A stretch of 64,000 nucleotides of DNA from Eledone cirrhosa (GCA_964016885.1 OZ024743.1:292702001-292766000); one strand, 5' to 3'. Numbered from the stretch's first letter, positions 39,710 through 53,411 are shown. Made by a program: numbers and translations. The notes: generated from the sequence alone by a model not told the origin.

Positions 39710-41454
39710 CTGATGGTAGCTAAGATGCTTCCATAGACGGTATGCCGGTTGAGCACTCTATGCTCTTACAGAGCAGAGTATGATATAATATAAAACGAAA
39801 AATCAGTGATGCATCTGAACTCAATTTATTGTGTGTTACAATTGTTTCGCCGGCGGACAGCTCGAGACTCGATCATTGTGTGGATCTGTTTGATTCTGGA
39901 CCCGCAGGTTCGACGGACACGTCTAATGATTTCGGAGCAAATTCTTTCACTGGGGTATTACCGTGAACAACTTCATCCTCTTCGCGCGTCCTGTTATTGG
40001 CCGCTGGTTGTCTACGTCATCATAATTCTGACCACAGTATCGTTCGGCTGACCATCAGCTGTCCCATGTCTGCCAGATTTCAATGAATTACTGCTGGGTT
40101 TGGTAGTTCACACGTCCACGCGCGATATCACACACACACACACACAATCACACAGATGACGACAATCGTACGCATAGATTCCCGCTATACACACAGATTT
40201 AAGGAGAACATATAAACATATAAACATACGCATACACAGACGCATGCCTATATATATCAACACACACACAGACACACACACACAGGCCCAAACACATGCA
40301 TACGCGTATATATACCCGTACACACAAACATGTACAGACATATACATAGACACCTCCCCCCCCTCCCCCCCATGCACACACACATACACACACGTATCCA
40401 TATATACAGGCACAGATACACACTCGCTGGCAAACACACACATATATATATATATACACACACAAACAAGCCCTTTCCCTACAGTGGGTGCTTGTACACA
40501 CGCACATACACACACACACTGCCTCATATACACTCTTACAAATATGCGCATATTCACATACACGCCTACGCACGCATAAAAAGATACATATATATATATA
40601 CATGCACAAATAGGATATACACACAAAGTCATATAAAGATACACAATGGGTCATACATGAAAGGATGCATCCTGTCATAAACATGCACATATATAAACAA
40701 TATAATCATATACATATATATATACATACATATATATATATATATACATATATATACACATACATATATATATATATATATAAAAGAAATATAAAATATA
40801 TTAAAAATATACATATAACGTCATAACGTCACATAGAAATACACAGTGTGCTATACATGAAAGGGTGCGCCCAGTTGTATGTGTCTACAGAGATGTTGTT
40901 ACGTTGCGAACATGGATCAAACAACATATGGAATCTTCACGCAAAGCCACATAATGGGCGTTCATGGTATTACAGTAAATAGTATGCGCAGACCGTACAT
41001 AGAAAATGCGTGCAGAAAATATATAAAAAAAGAAAATATATACAAAAAGAAGAAGGAGCGTATATGCGTATGAGATAGTACACAAGAGAAGTATGAGATA
41101 CACGCGTGGGTCTGTATACGGAAAATACATTAGGTGTTACAAAATGGAATACGTGGAGAGTATGGACTCTCTATTGAAAAGATACAGATGCATGGGGGTG
41201 CGTGGACCGGCCATATGTCACTGTGGTTGAGATATATTGTCTTATTGGTGTAAGGCATTTGACTGAAAGCCAATGGATCCGGGTCAACCTGTCCCGGCTC
41301 AGGCGATGTTCTTGCCTAGTGTGGCGTGCAGAGTCGGGTATGCATCTTGGGTTATTTCGGCTTACCCCACGGGGCATATATAGTCATCAGGGTATGGTGT
41401 CTGTTCTCTTGAACCTGTTCGCCGCTCTGGTCGGCGTGCGCTCCGCCGCAAGCC

Positions 41455-41810
41455 TTTAACTTGGGGGGCTGCCCGGTGGATTCCATACGGAGAGTGTGCA
41501 CCTTCTCTGGTGTCTGCACGTCATGATTATTTTCGATTTCAGGTTGACCGCATTATCCTTCAGTCTGACTAGCCCCATGGCCTCGGATATGTATATCCTT
41601 CACTTTCTATTTCCAGCCGAGTATGCATTCGCGTGCCGAACGATACTCCAGTTAAGGGCATACGGGGTGCCTTTGTCTTTCAAGTCCCACACCAGGTCCG
41701 CCAGCCTAGTAGAGTGCCTCTTGCTCCGGTCCTTGAAGAGTTCGTGTGGTTATACATGCGAGATTTAAAGGTCGTGGATGTTGCACCGATGTATAACCAC
41801 ATATCGCGGA
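41455..41810 (-). pseudogene. Nematis-type PLE GIY-YIG endonuclease relic (not in the ORF track)
   Basis: Manual translation across one frameshift gives LYIGATSTTFKSRMYNHTNS/FKDRSKRHSTRLADLVWDLKDKGTPYALNWSIVRHANAYSAGNRK*RIYISEAM...NLKSKIIMTCRH. This is collinear with the EN at 60900-61269. Confidence 0.8.
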
Positions 41811-41811
41811 T

Positions 41812-42405
41812 GTATGATGGTGATGGTGACGGTTGTGCTGATGGTGATCTTGATGGTGATGATGTGGGTGGTTCTGATGGTGCTATTGATGGTGATGGTG
41901 AGGGTGGTGTTGAAGGTGATCTTTATGGTGATGATGATGGTGATGGTGATCTTGATGGTGATGGTGATGGTGATTTTGATGATCTTGATGGTGATGTTGA
42001 TGTTGATGGTGATGGTGAGGGTGGTGCGGAAGGTGAGCTTGATGGTGGTGGTGCTGCTGACGGTGAACTTGATGGCGATGGTGTTGGTGATGTTTATGGG
42101 GATTTTATGGTGATGGTGATGGTGATGGTGATGATGATGGTGGTGGTGGTGCTCATGGTGATATTGATTGTTATGGTGATGGTGATGGTGATGGTAGTGC
42201 TGATGGTGATGTTGATGCTGCCGGTCGCAGAAGGCTTGATAGAAATGTAATGGTGGTGGGGGTGAGTGCAATGGATAAGTGCAGAAGTGGCGGTGGTGGT
42301 GAGTGGTGGGGTGAGAGGTGGCAATGGTGGTCGTTGAATGGATTATTCTTGTGGTGTTAGATACTTCATGTCTTATCTAGCTTATCGATTTGACAGTGCG
42401 GAATA

Positions 42406-42474
<69 letters not shown>

Positions 42475-42499
42475 CAGTAGTAGTAGCAGCAACAGCAAC

Positions 42500-42557
<58 letters not shown>

Positions 42558-42621
42558 ACAGTCACAGTAGTAGTAGTAGTAGCAGCAGCAACACCAGTAG
42601 TAGTAGTAGTAGTAGTAATAT

Positions 42622-42662
<41 letters not shown>

Positions 42663-42700
42663 ATAGTAGTAGTAGTAGTAGTAATAGCAGTTGTAGTAGT
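41812..42700. repeat. Degenerate (GGTGAT)n/(GAT)n and (AGT)n arrays
   Basis: Directly visible. They explain the Asp/Gly-, Ser- and Val-rich ORFs here. Confidence 0.9.
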
Positions 42701-43269
42701 ATCATGTCTAGTGTGTCTAGTGTTGGGGGTTCCGTCTGCTGCTCCTGTTGCTTGGGACTGAAGACATTGATAATGGCGATGGTATTAGATAATATAATAG
42801 TGGGGACGTTAATGTTGACTTTGGTGGTAGAGATGGTGGCAAATATGCTGTTGGTTGCATGGGTTATCCATTGTAGTTTGTAGAATTTCTGTCGTTTGTT
42901 AAGGGAGAAGTATGAGGTTTGTAAGAGGAGGGGTGGGATGGAAATATGGAGAATAATGTAGTAGCGATGGTGAATGTTCTAATGCATGCTTCTTGGTCTG
43001 TCTGTATAACGGTCGTTGCTACGTGATATTTCACGTAATTTATCATTGACTTACAACATCCCTCCTTTCTCTCACATCTCCATGTCTCCAGAACTCAATC
43101 CCGCATAAATGCTTATTTATCGACTCTTATCTCGGTTTCACATACAAATCACATATAAGCACAGAGATACTCACACAGACACACATACAGACACATACAT
43201 AGACCTGTGCACATTAACGCATTAGCTGAAATTTATATATATATATAAATATAATAATAATACTATTTA

Positions 43270-44186
43270 TAGTTATGTATATAGTATAAACAACTATAAA
43301 CAGGAAGGTCAGTAATTTCTTATTACCTTATTACCAGTAAGAGAAATAGCTCAATCTATGAACATCAGTTGTTTTACAGAGCAAGAAAATAAATAAATTA
43401 TACAATTATCAAAGTTGTGTTCAAATCATTTAATAGCTGACAATCGTTTCTTCCAAACTCTCGTTTGAATACATCGGAGTATTATCAATGTTTGCACATA
43501 TAATTAACCTCCTATTCAACTGAACAATAATTGTTTCTACTTTTGGCACAAAGCCAGCAATTACCCAGTACATTACTGGTACTTTATTTTATCGACCCCG
43601 TAAAGATGAAAGGCAAAGTTAACCTCGGCGGGATTTGAACTCAGATCGTAAAGGGACGTAACTACGCTGGAATAATGCCAATTCAACTGAACAATAATAT
43701 AGATACATTATTTATATATGCATAATAGCTTTGCTTGTCTCCTTCTCATGTATATGACTTACGCAGTTGCACTATCCACACGCCTGCATATGAATTGTTA
43801 ATGGGTTCGTCCTTTCTCAAAACTACTTTCTCAATGCCTCTTTAATAATTGGACTATTCTCTTGTTTTATCTGTTGCATGTATTCCACTCTGTGCTTTTG
43901 ATTTTAATTTAATTTGAATTTGAATTTGAATTTGAACTTGAATGTTTGTACAATTATTGTACAATTCTCGTAAAATATATGTCACATGAATTCCACCCTA
44001 GAAATACGAAACTGCTGCTCACAACATCAATTTATATGTATCTATATTATTGTCCAGTTGAATAGGAGGTTAATTATATGTGCAAACGTTGATAATCCTC
44101 CGATGACTCCAAACGTGAGTTTGGAAGAAACGATTGACAGCTATTAAAGGATTTGAACACAATTTTGATAATTGTATAATTTATTC

Positions 44187-44187
<1 letters not shown>
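43270..44187 (-). mobile_element. Older PLE-type fold-back element with degenerate HHRs, interrupted by a SINE
   Basis: Arm ~43392-43708 (excluding the SINE) is inverted at 44036-44185. CCGATGA-ctccaaac(gtga)gtttggaa-GAAA-cgattg lies at 44100-44136, with a minus copy at ~43432-43484. Confidence 0.75.
43532..43680 (-). mobile_element. 5'-truncated SINE with an 18-bp TSD
   Basis: ATTCAACTGAACAATAAT at 43514-43531 and 43681-43698. Confidence 0.9.
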
Positions 44188-44229
<42 letters not shown>

Positions 44230-44424
44230 CACACTCGCGCGCGCATAAACACACACACACACACACACACATACATACATACATATATATATACATATAT
44301 ATATATAAGGGTTATGGGTACTGCCCTTTCGTATCTGACTAAACAGTACTATGTATATATATATTGGAAAATGTGTGAGATCCTTGGTTCAGTTAGGTAA
44401 AGTCATTCTTTTCCTTTTGTTTTT

Positions 44425-44504
<80 letters not shown>

Positions 44505-44934
44505 GTACTGTTTAGTCAGATAAGAAAGGGCAGTGCCCATAAGCCTTTTCAAGGCCTGAATGACTGGTGAGAGACATGGAGGAAGGCATCCTCAGACTTG
44601 AGAGTTAGCCGGAAAGCTTACATCAAAGACAACTCCGTTACAGATACCCCAGGACCAGGTTGCAGTGTCATACCGGTTGAGGAGTTACACAATTGTCCTA
44701 AATACACATACGTTATTTAAGATACCCATCCGTTATGCCTGATCATAGTTTGTACCTGAAAGTTTCCTCTCAATGGCGCATGACTGAGGAAGATGTTTTG
44801 TAAAAACACCAGCCATCGCTCATGCACGCAAGTCTTCCAAGGCCGACAATCTACCAATCCACCACCACCAAATTGGTACTTAATTTATTAAGTTAAGAGA
44901 CCCAGAAAATCATCATCATCAACATCATCATCAT

Positions 44935-44966
<32 letters not shown>

Positions 44967-45121
44967 CCATCATCATTGTCACCATCACTACAATCATCAT
45001 CATTAACATCATCATTATTATTACCATCATCCTTATAACAACGATGACCGCCACCACCATCAACATCATTAACATTATCACGATGACGACTTCCACCAAC
45101 ATAATCATCATTACTTTTTTA

Positions 45122-45240
45122 TCTGCTGATCGGTAGAGCGTCAAACACTTTGCCTTTCATCCTTACGGGGCCGATAAAATGAAGCACCAGTAATGCACTG
45201 GGATAATTACTGGCTTTGTGCCAAAAGTAGAAACAATAAT
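45122..45240 (+). mobile_element. Internally deleted SINE
   Basis: tcggtagagcgtc...ctttgcctttcatccttacgggg...gtagaaacaataat. Confidence 0.7.
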
Positions 45241-46175
45241 TATTTCTTCCACCAAGGGCATTATCATGACCTAACACTGGTAGGACTTTCATCAAAATCA
45301 CTGCTGATATCATTAACCATAACCGCCATAAATCCACCAACCTCATCACCGTCTACATCAATGACATTGTCTATCATCCTAGCAGGACCAGTAGCATTAG
45401 AATCAGCATCACATTATGACATATATCATCACTATATCCATCATCACTATAATTGCCTCCATCACAATTATAATTAACACCATCACCATCGCCTTCAACA
45501 CCAGTACTATACCCAATTACATCCGACCATCCCCATCTTCATCATTACCATCATCATCACCGCTATTTCGACCAACGACATCCGTTTTTAATTCATCGAT
45601 ATTTTTTATTTATTTTTAATCACTACACTATCACCAACAATATCCTCATTAGCCACAATCACACTCATCATTATTACAAACACTGACAATAACAGCACCA
45701 GTAAGTCCAGACTACCAGCACCAACAACATTACCACCCGAACTCGTACCACTCAGATAACATTAACACCAACATCTCATCTCAAATTTCACCGTCCTCAT
45801 CTCTTTTGACAGGATCATCACCACCAGCTCCAATTCTCACCGTTACTGTCATCATCCTTCACCAATCACCACAAATCTTTTCTTCTCCATCATCATCCCT
45901 CAAAAATTGCCAAAAATCTCTTTTTCTCATCATCTCACTAATCATCTCCCCATAAATCTCCAAACAAGAAATACAAAAAATTAGACTCAGTGGTAATTAA
46001 GATGAGAAATTAATTTGTTTGGTTAAACCATATAATTATGTAAATATACCTAAGTGGGTGTTTAGTACCAGCACTATAACTAGCGGGAGGAAAAGAGTTA
46101 CCGAACCTATTTTTCTCTCTCTTCTCTTTTCAACAAAAATATTCCTATGTATATATCTATATCTGTATTTATCTA

Positions 46176-46421
<246 letters not shown>

Positions 46422-46812
46422 AAAGAATAGCGGTGTAACACACAAGTTATTATATATTGGTAAACGGATTAGAAAATGCTGACAAATTGTTCACAGTTGA
46501 AAAATGGTTTAATTGGGAATAAAAGAGTATTAGTGATTGTATGGGTTAGTATTCAGTTGTGGTTTTATGTTTTTTAAGTTTTTACCGGTTGCGCATTTCT
46601 AAATGCTTTTCAAAAATAATTTTGAGATAGAGTGTCCGTGCTGTTTGCTCTGATCTGATTAGTTTTGGGAATTCTACCTGTTTTTATGTTAAAAAAGTGG
46701 CTCCAATTTACAAAAATTCTTGTGGTCAAAACAATTTTGATTGGTCGGTAGAGGTCATGTGAATAAAAAATTGGTTTTGCGCCAAGATTGAGAAATGACT
46801 CTTTCACAACAA

Positions 46813-46886
<74 letters not shown>

Positions 46887-46958
46887 TAGTAGTAGTAGTA
46901 AGGTGTTCGATGTTGTGATAATGGTTAGCAGCGATGTGTGTCAAATCGCTATTAAGAT

Positions 46959-47003
<45 letters not shown>

Positions 47004-47004
47004 T

Positions 47005-47074
<70 letters not shown>

Positions 47075-47422
47075 CAGAGTAATTTGTGGTGGCAGGGATG
47101 GTCAGTAAGAATGTGTCTGAAAGCAATGGGGGGTATATTAGCATGTCAAAAGATATTTTTCAGCTTTTGTCTTATACGGAGAAGTGCGTGTGTGTGTATA
47201 TATAAGTCTCTTTGTATGTTAATGTACGCGTGTGTATGTGTGTGTGTATATATATGTGTGTGTGTGTGTGTGTGGGTGGACCAGTATTTTTTTCCAAATG
47301 GTAAAATGGTGTACATTATTCGATTTTTTCAGTAAAATCGGTTCTCTTAATAGAACATCAAAAATCTTAACAAAAAAAGGTGTGAAATGATATTCACTAT
47401 ATATATATACACATACATATAT

Positions 47423-47472
<50 letters not shown>

Positions 47473-47715
47473 TACATATATATATGCACATATATTTTTT
47501 TGTGTTGCACCATAGAGCATGTGTGTTTACGTATGTCATTGTGTTTATATGTGGGTAGAGATGTGTGCTGATGTAGGTATGTATGTTGACGTGTGTATGT
47601 TGTGGGTTCGTCTTAGGGAGAAGTGTTTAGACGGGGTCCGTATTTGTTAATGAAGTAAGATTCCTTACTGATGCGCTGGGTGTGGGTGGCATTATCTTTA
47701 AATTTGTAGAGGGGA

Positions 47716-48679
47716 AATATGAAAAATGGCTTAACTCAACCCCTCTAACTCTCCCCCGTAAACTACAAATAAAGTCCATTCCAAATGAACCCGAACCTCA
47801 AAGACACCTTAGGGAAAGAATGGCATTGGAAAAAATGAAGACAGAAATTGAACTTCTTAAACTGAGGGCCCAGACAAATGAGGAAAAGATCAAAACCATC
47901 GATGAAGAGATCCTCCTGGAAATCAACAACAAAACTGAAGGCCCCAAGGTAGAGAAGATCTCCAAATTATGGAACGGTGACTGCAACAGAGAAGAACTGA
48001 AATCCCTTCAACGCTGGGAAAAAGTGCCGCTTGGTTCCTACACTATGAATCGACTTTTCAAACGGATTACACCTCCAATAAGCCGTTCATAAAAATAGAA
48101 AGACCCATAACTGAACCGCACAACAACTTCTCAAACCCCCAAGCCTCTAACAAACGAAGAAGGAAGCACCACCCCGAAGATGAACTTCCCAACCTCGCTA
48201 CCATAAGAAGGAACAAAAACCCAAGAAATCATCTCCCCCAGAATGACATTTACAACTTTCCCCCTTCAAGGAGACACCATACCAAATCACTCAACTACTA
48301 CGCGGATGCCTCATCGTCAAACATAGGGAAAAGATACCACCGCCATGATAGATGTAACAACTTCCCCGCTTCAAGGGGACAGCAAGGTAATTACCATTTT
48401 CTCAACTCTCGCTTCCACAATACACAACAAACCCACACCACACGATACAACCAACAACGTAGGACACTTATAACACCACAATACAACATGGCACATAGAA
48501 ACACACACCCATACTCGCAGTACAGGAACACCCCATTCAATCTACAACCACCAACCCGAACCACATTTTACAACAACAAGGAATATAACAAACACAGGAG
48601 ACCCCTTAACATCAGCAGACAACCCCTCTACCCCAACAATTTTTTAGACACAGCACACAGATACAGGCAAACAAAATAA
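47716..48679 (+). pseudogene. PLE upstream ORF (coiled-coil + N/H/R-rich tail), 5'-truncated, one frameshift
   Basis: Open from 47716 to 48022 (ERMALEKMKTEIELLKLRAQTNEEKIKTIDEEILLEINNK). After a 1-nt shift in an A-run it is open from 48023 to TAA at 48679. Confidence 0.7.
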
Positions 48680-50953
48680 CACAAGACAGGGAGGAGAAAC
48701 CGATAGAAATAAAAATTATCAATCTTACTAGTGCAGAACCAACACCCAACCTTATCAACTTACTCTCCAAAGGTCTTAAATTCACACCGACCCCACTACG
48801 TCCTAACTACTATGAAATGAAGGAAGACATCACAGACTTCTGTAGAAAGTTACGACTTAGTGAACAACTATTCGACCAGTACAATGAGGATGAATCATTA
48901 GCCAGAAATAGAAGCAATTAAACCCCTTCAAAAGGTAGAAATAAAATCCTGGACGAATTCTGTGAACACATCACAAACTTCCCTTACCGACACTTGCACA
49001 GACAAAAACACAAGCCAAACCTCAACAAGAAAGAATGGGAAGAATTAAATAGATTAAAAACCGACAGAACCATTACAATTAAAGAGGCTGATAAAGGGAG
49101 TACAGTAGTCCTAATGGAGACAGAATTCTATATCAACTTAGCGCTCTCCACTTTGGAAAACGAAACATAGTACGAAAAGGCTGAACACTACAATCAACAG
49201 AAAATTATGAGAAACCTAAAAACTCTAATCAACCAATACAAAGAAGGACTCACTAACAAGGAATTCAGCTTCATCACAGACTTCACAAGTAAATCCAGCC
49301 TTTTCTACGGTATCCCTAAAGTACATAAAAGCGAATCAATAAGTAAGGCATGCAAGGAAGCCACAGACATAGTCATCAATGTCCCCTCACCCAATGTTCT
49401 CAAATTAAGATCTATAATAGCAGGCCCCGCTTGCGAAACGCACCGTCTTAGCAACTTCATTGATACCCTTCTCAAACCCTTCCTCAAGCACATCAAAAGC
49501 TATATAAGGGACGACCTAGATATGCTCAATCACCTTCCTAATATGCCACTTTCTGAACAAACCCTACTAGTGACGTTCGATGTAGTCAACCTATACTCCA
49601 ACATCCCCACAACCTAGGAATAGAAGCTATCCAATTCTGGCTGGATAATTTCCACAATGAACTCCCACAACGCATCAAAAAAGAATTCGTGATAGAGGGA
49701 CTCAAATTTATCTTGGAGAACAATTACTTCGTTTTCAATAACAAACCCTACAGGCAGAAATCTGGGACCGCTATGGGAACGAAAACAGCCCCCACTTATG
49801 CCAACCTAGTCATGGGATACCTGGAAATCACCCTCTACACTAAAGTCCTAAACAAATTTGGAAAAACCCTCCACTTACACATTGAAAGGAACTGGAAGCG
49901 ATATCTAGATGACTGCTTCATCCTTTGGCATGAAAACATCGAAAAACTTAAAGAATTTCACACCCTTATAAATGGGCTCAACACAAATATTAACTTCACG
50001 ATGGAATACAGTCATCAACAACTCCCCTTCCTCGACATCCTCATTAAGATCCATAACAAAAAAATAGAAACAGACATATACTACAGGCCCACAGACTCCA
50101 AGCAATATCTCCCCTTCAACTCTTGCCACCCTAGACACGTTAAAATTAATATTCCCTACAACTTAACCAAGAGAATCTGTACTATAGTCTCCAATAAAAA
50201 CATCTGCTACTTACGGCTACAAGAACTAAAGGACACACTCATAGGCAGGAACTACCCTGCATCAATGGAATCCACCGTGCCCTAAAACTCAGTACCCAGG
50301 ACCTTAGACACCCTAAAGTAAATCAACCGAAACTAAAAGCTCTTCCATTCATCTCCACACACAACCCCCTCAACAATGAGGCCTTTGACACCATCCTCCA
50401 GAACATCCCTGTATTGAAAAAGGACTATAGAATGAACCAAATTCTACGAACAGACGATATCATAAAGAGCAAAAGACAATCCAAGTCAATGAAAAACATC
50501 TTAACACATGCCAAAGTACTGCCAACCACAACAACGAAACCCACAGTAAAAAAATGCGATAGACCCAACTGTGGCATTTGCATCAACCTAATAGAGGGTT
50601 CGGAATTCTATTTCAAAGATGGACAACGTTTTATAGTAAAACACAATTTCACTTGTGCATCGGAAAATCTAATATATGTATTAACTTGTTCAGGTTGTCG
50701 AGAACAATACATAGGCCAGACCAAACACAGCCTCCGCCAACGCATGACTGTCCATAGATCCCAAATCAAAATACGGGAATACAGGAAAATACCACTGAGT
50801 GAACACATTGATACCTGTGCCGCCCAAAATCATCCCAACTTCAGAATCTTTCCCCTCTACAAATTTAAAGATAATGCCACCCACACCCAGCGCATCAGCA
50901 AGGAATCTTACTTTATTAACAAATACGGACCCCGTCTAAACACTTCTCCCTAA
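48610..50953 (+). pseudogene. PLE RT + GIY-YIG endonuclease, disrupted
   Basis: IINLTS..LLSKGLKFTPTP, IKEADKG, FYGIPKVHK, FDVVNLYSNIP, GTAMGT, RYLDD, CDRPNCGIC, NLIYVLTCSGC..YIGQT. Two stops and two frameshifts. Confidence 0.92.
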
Positions 50954-51093
50954 GACGAACCCACAACATACACACGTCAACATACATACCTACATCAGCA
51001 CACATCTCTACCCACATATAAACACAATGACATACGTAAACACACATGCTCTATGGTGCAACATAAAAAAATATATGTGCATATATATATGTA

Positions 51094-51125
<32 letters not shown>

Positions 51126-51484
51126 GTGAATATATAAATGTGTATATATATATAGTGAATATCATTTCACACCTTTTTTTGTTAAGATTTTTGATGTTCT
51201 ATTAAGAGAACCGATTTTACTGAAAAAATCGAATAATGTACACCATTTTACCAGGGGGAAAAAAATACTGGTCCACCCACACACACACATACACACATAT
51301 ATATACACCCACACATACACACGCGTACATCAACATACAAAGAGACTTATATATACACACACACACGCACGCACTTCTCCGTATAAGACAAAAGCTGCAA
51401 AATATCTTTTGACATGCTAAAATACACCCCATTGCTTTCAGACACATTCTTACTGACCATCCCTGCCACCACAAATTACTCTGC

Positions 51485-51531
<47 letters not shown>

Positions 51532-51602
51532 TTATCTTAATAGCCATTTGACACACATCGCAGTTAACCATTATCACAACATCGAACACCTTACTACTAC
51601 TA

Positions 51603-51672
<70 letters not shown>

Positions 51673-51967
51673 TTGTTGTGAAAGAGTCATTTCTCAATCT
51701 TGGCGCAATTTTTTATTCACATGACCTCTACCGACCAATCAAAATTGTTTTGACCACAAGAATTTTTGCTGGAGCCACTTTTTTAACATAAAAACAGTCT
51801 TGGCGCAAAATCAATTTTTTACATTCACATGACCTCTCCCGACCAATCAAAATTGTTTTGACCACAAAAATTTTTGCAAATTGGAGCCACTTTTTTAACA
51901 TAAAAACAGGTAGAATTCCCAAAACTAATCAGATCAGAGCAAACAGCACGGACACTCTATCTCAAAA

Positions 51968-52009
51968 TTATTTTTGAAAAGCATTTAGAAATGCGCAACC
52001 GGTAAAAAC
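51968..52009 (+). ncRNA. Candidate non-canonical hammerhead (UUGAAAA...GCAA core)
   Basis: ttt-TTGAAAA-gcattt(ag)aaatgc-GCAA-ccgg-TA-aaa. Conserved in copies at ~14891, 18631, 18744 and 46578. Confidence 0.55.
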
Positions 52010-52125
52010 TTAAAAACATAAAACCACAACTGAATACTAACCCATACAATCACTAATACTCTTTTATTCCTAATTAAACCATTTTTCAACTGTGAACAAT
52101 TTGTCAGCATTTTCTATTCCGTTTA

Positions 52126-52281
<156 letters not shown>

Positions 52282-52703
52282 TGTGTGTATGTGTATACGT
52301 ACATACCATACATGCATACATATCTATATATATGATTACAGACACACTGGTTGTAGAAATCATTGAAACACGTACCAAAACACGTTCTGATGGATTCTTT
52401 AGTTACATCAAGAGTACGACAACCTCTTTAGGATTTGTGTCACAATAGAATGCAACAGGTATACTCTATGCTGTTGCTGGTATTAGGAAGGGCATCCAGT
52501 CGTATAAATATCACCAGAAAATGTGTCCTGAGGACCTTTCATTTTTGAAAAAGTGAGGACAACCTCGCCTATTGTTGATGTCTCTATAAATCGTATTAAC
52601 TATATTCTGTATAGTGTGCGAACGTATATAAGAGAGATGAACCACCCTAGCCAAGGCGGCGAATTGACAGAGACGTTAGAACGTCGGATAGAATGATTTA
52701 TGA

Positions 52704-53023
52704 CAGATGTTCTCAAACTTTCGGAGCCACCGCACCCCTCGTAGTACCCGTAATACCCTCAGCGGCTCCGACCCCTATTTCCAGAGAAACCTGCCTACAC
52801 GCGAATTGTAAATATATAAATAAAATCGTTAATTTATATATAATAAATAATATAATATATACTATGTATAAATAAACGTTATATATTTTTATTTTACTAT
52901 ATTTATATATATGTATCAGTTGATATTTAATATACCATTATATCATCTCTACTGTTCCCCCACCACCCCCTGGACCTTCTCAACGCCCCCGGGGAGCGGT
53001 AGCGCCCACTTTGAGGAACTCTG
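52704..53023. mobile_element. hAT-type MITE inserted into a SINE head
   Basis: Imperfect TIRs CAGATGTTCTCAAAC/CTTTGAGGAACTCTG. The SINE A-box part lies at 52654-52700 and the B-box part (gagatcaaatcccgc) at ~53057. The TSD is degenerate. Confidence 0.6.
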
Positions 53024-53372
53024 CTTTCTGGTATTCGTTCCGGCTCCCTGCTCTCTGAGATCAAATCCCGCTCATGGTGGTGGTGGTGTAGGTGTCGGCG
53101 GTGATAATATATACACAAGCATGGATGTGTAGTTAAAGGGTTCGCTTCGCTGCAATATAGTTCCAGATTCAATCTTGGTAGGCGGGACTCGTCTACTTGT
53201 GCCTGGACTAATCAATGTCTAGTGAATGAAATTTGGTAGCAGGAAACTATGCGGAAGACCATCATATATATATTTAAATCTGTGTATACATAGATGTATA
53301 TGTTGTGTTTGTGCGAAAGTGACTGTATTTGTGTGTGTGTGTGTGTGTGTATGTATGTGTGTGTGCGTGCGT

Positions 53373-53411
<39 letters not shown>

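Noticed and set aside
41599-41601. In-frame TGA at a conserved Cys of the PLE endonuclease (selenocysteine, as reported for Naiad PLEs?)
   Set aside because: The copy is decayed (frameshift, neighbouring Cys also mutated to Tyr), the EN is C-terminal rather than Naiad-type, and I recognise no SECIS.
41633-42250. 205-aa Asp/Gly-rich ORF resembling an acidic Ca-binding or biomineral protein
   Set aside because: It is the antisense of the EN relic plus degenerate GAT/GGT repeats.
44535-44600. CTGAGGA...GAAA on the minus strand near an inverted pair (44307-44355 / 44497-44548)
   Set aside because: Stems I and III do not pair convincingly, so it is not called as a ribozyme.
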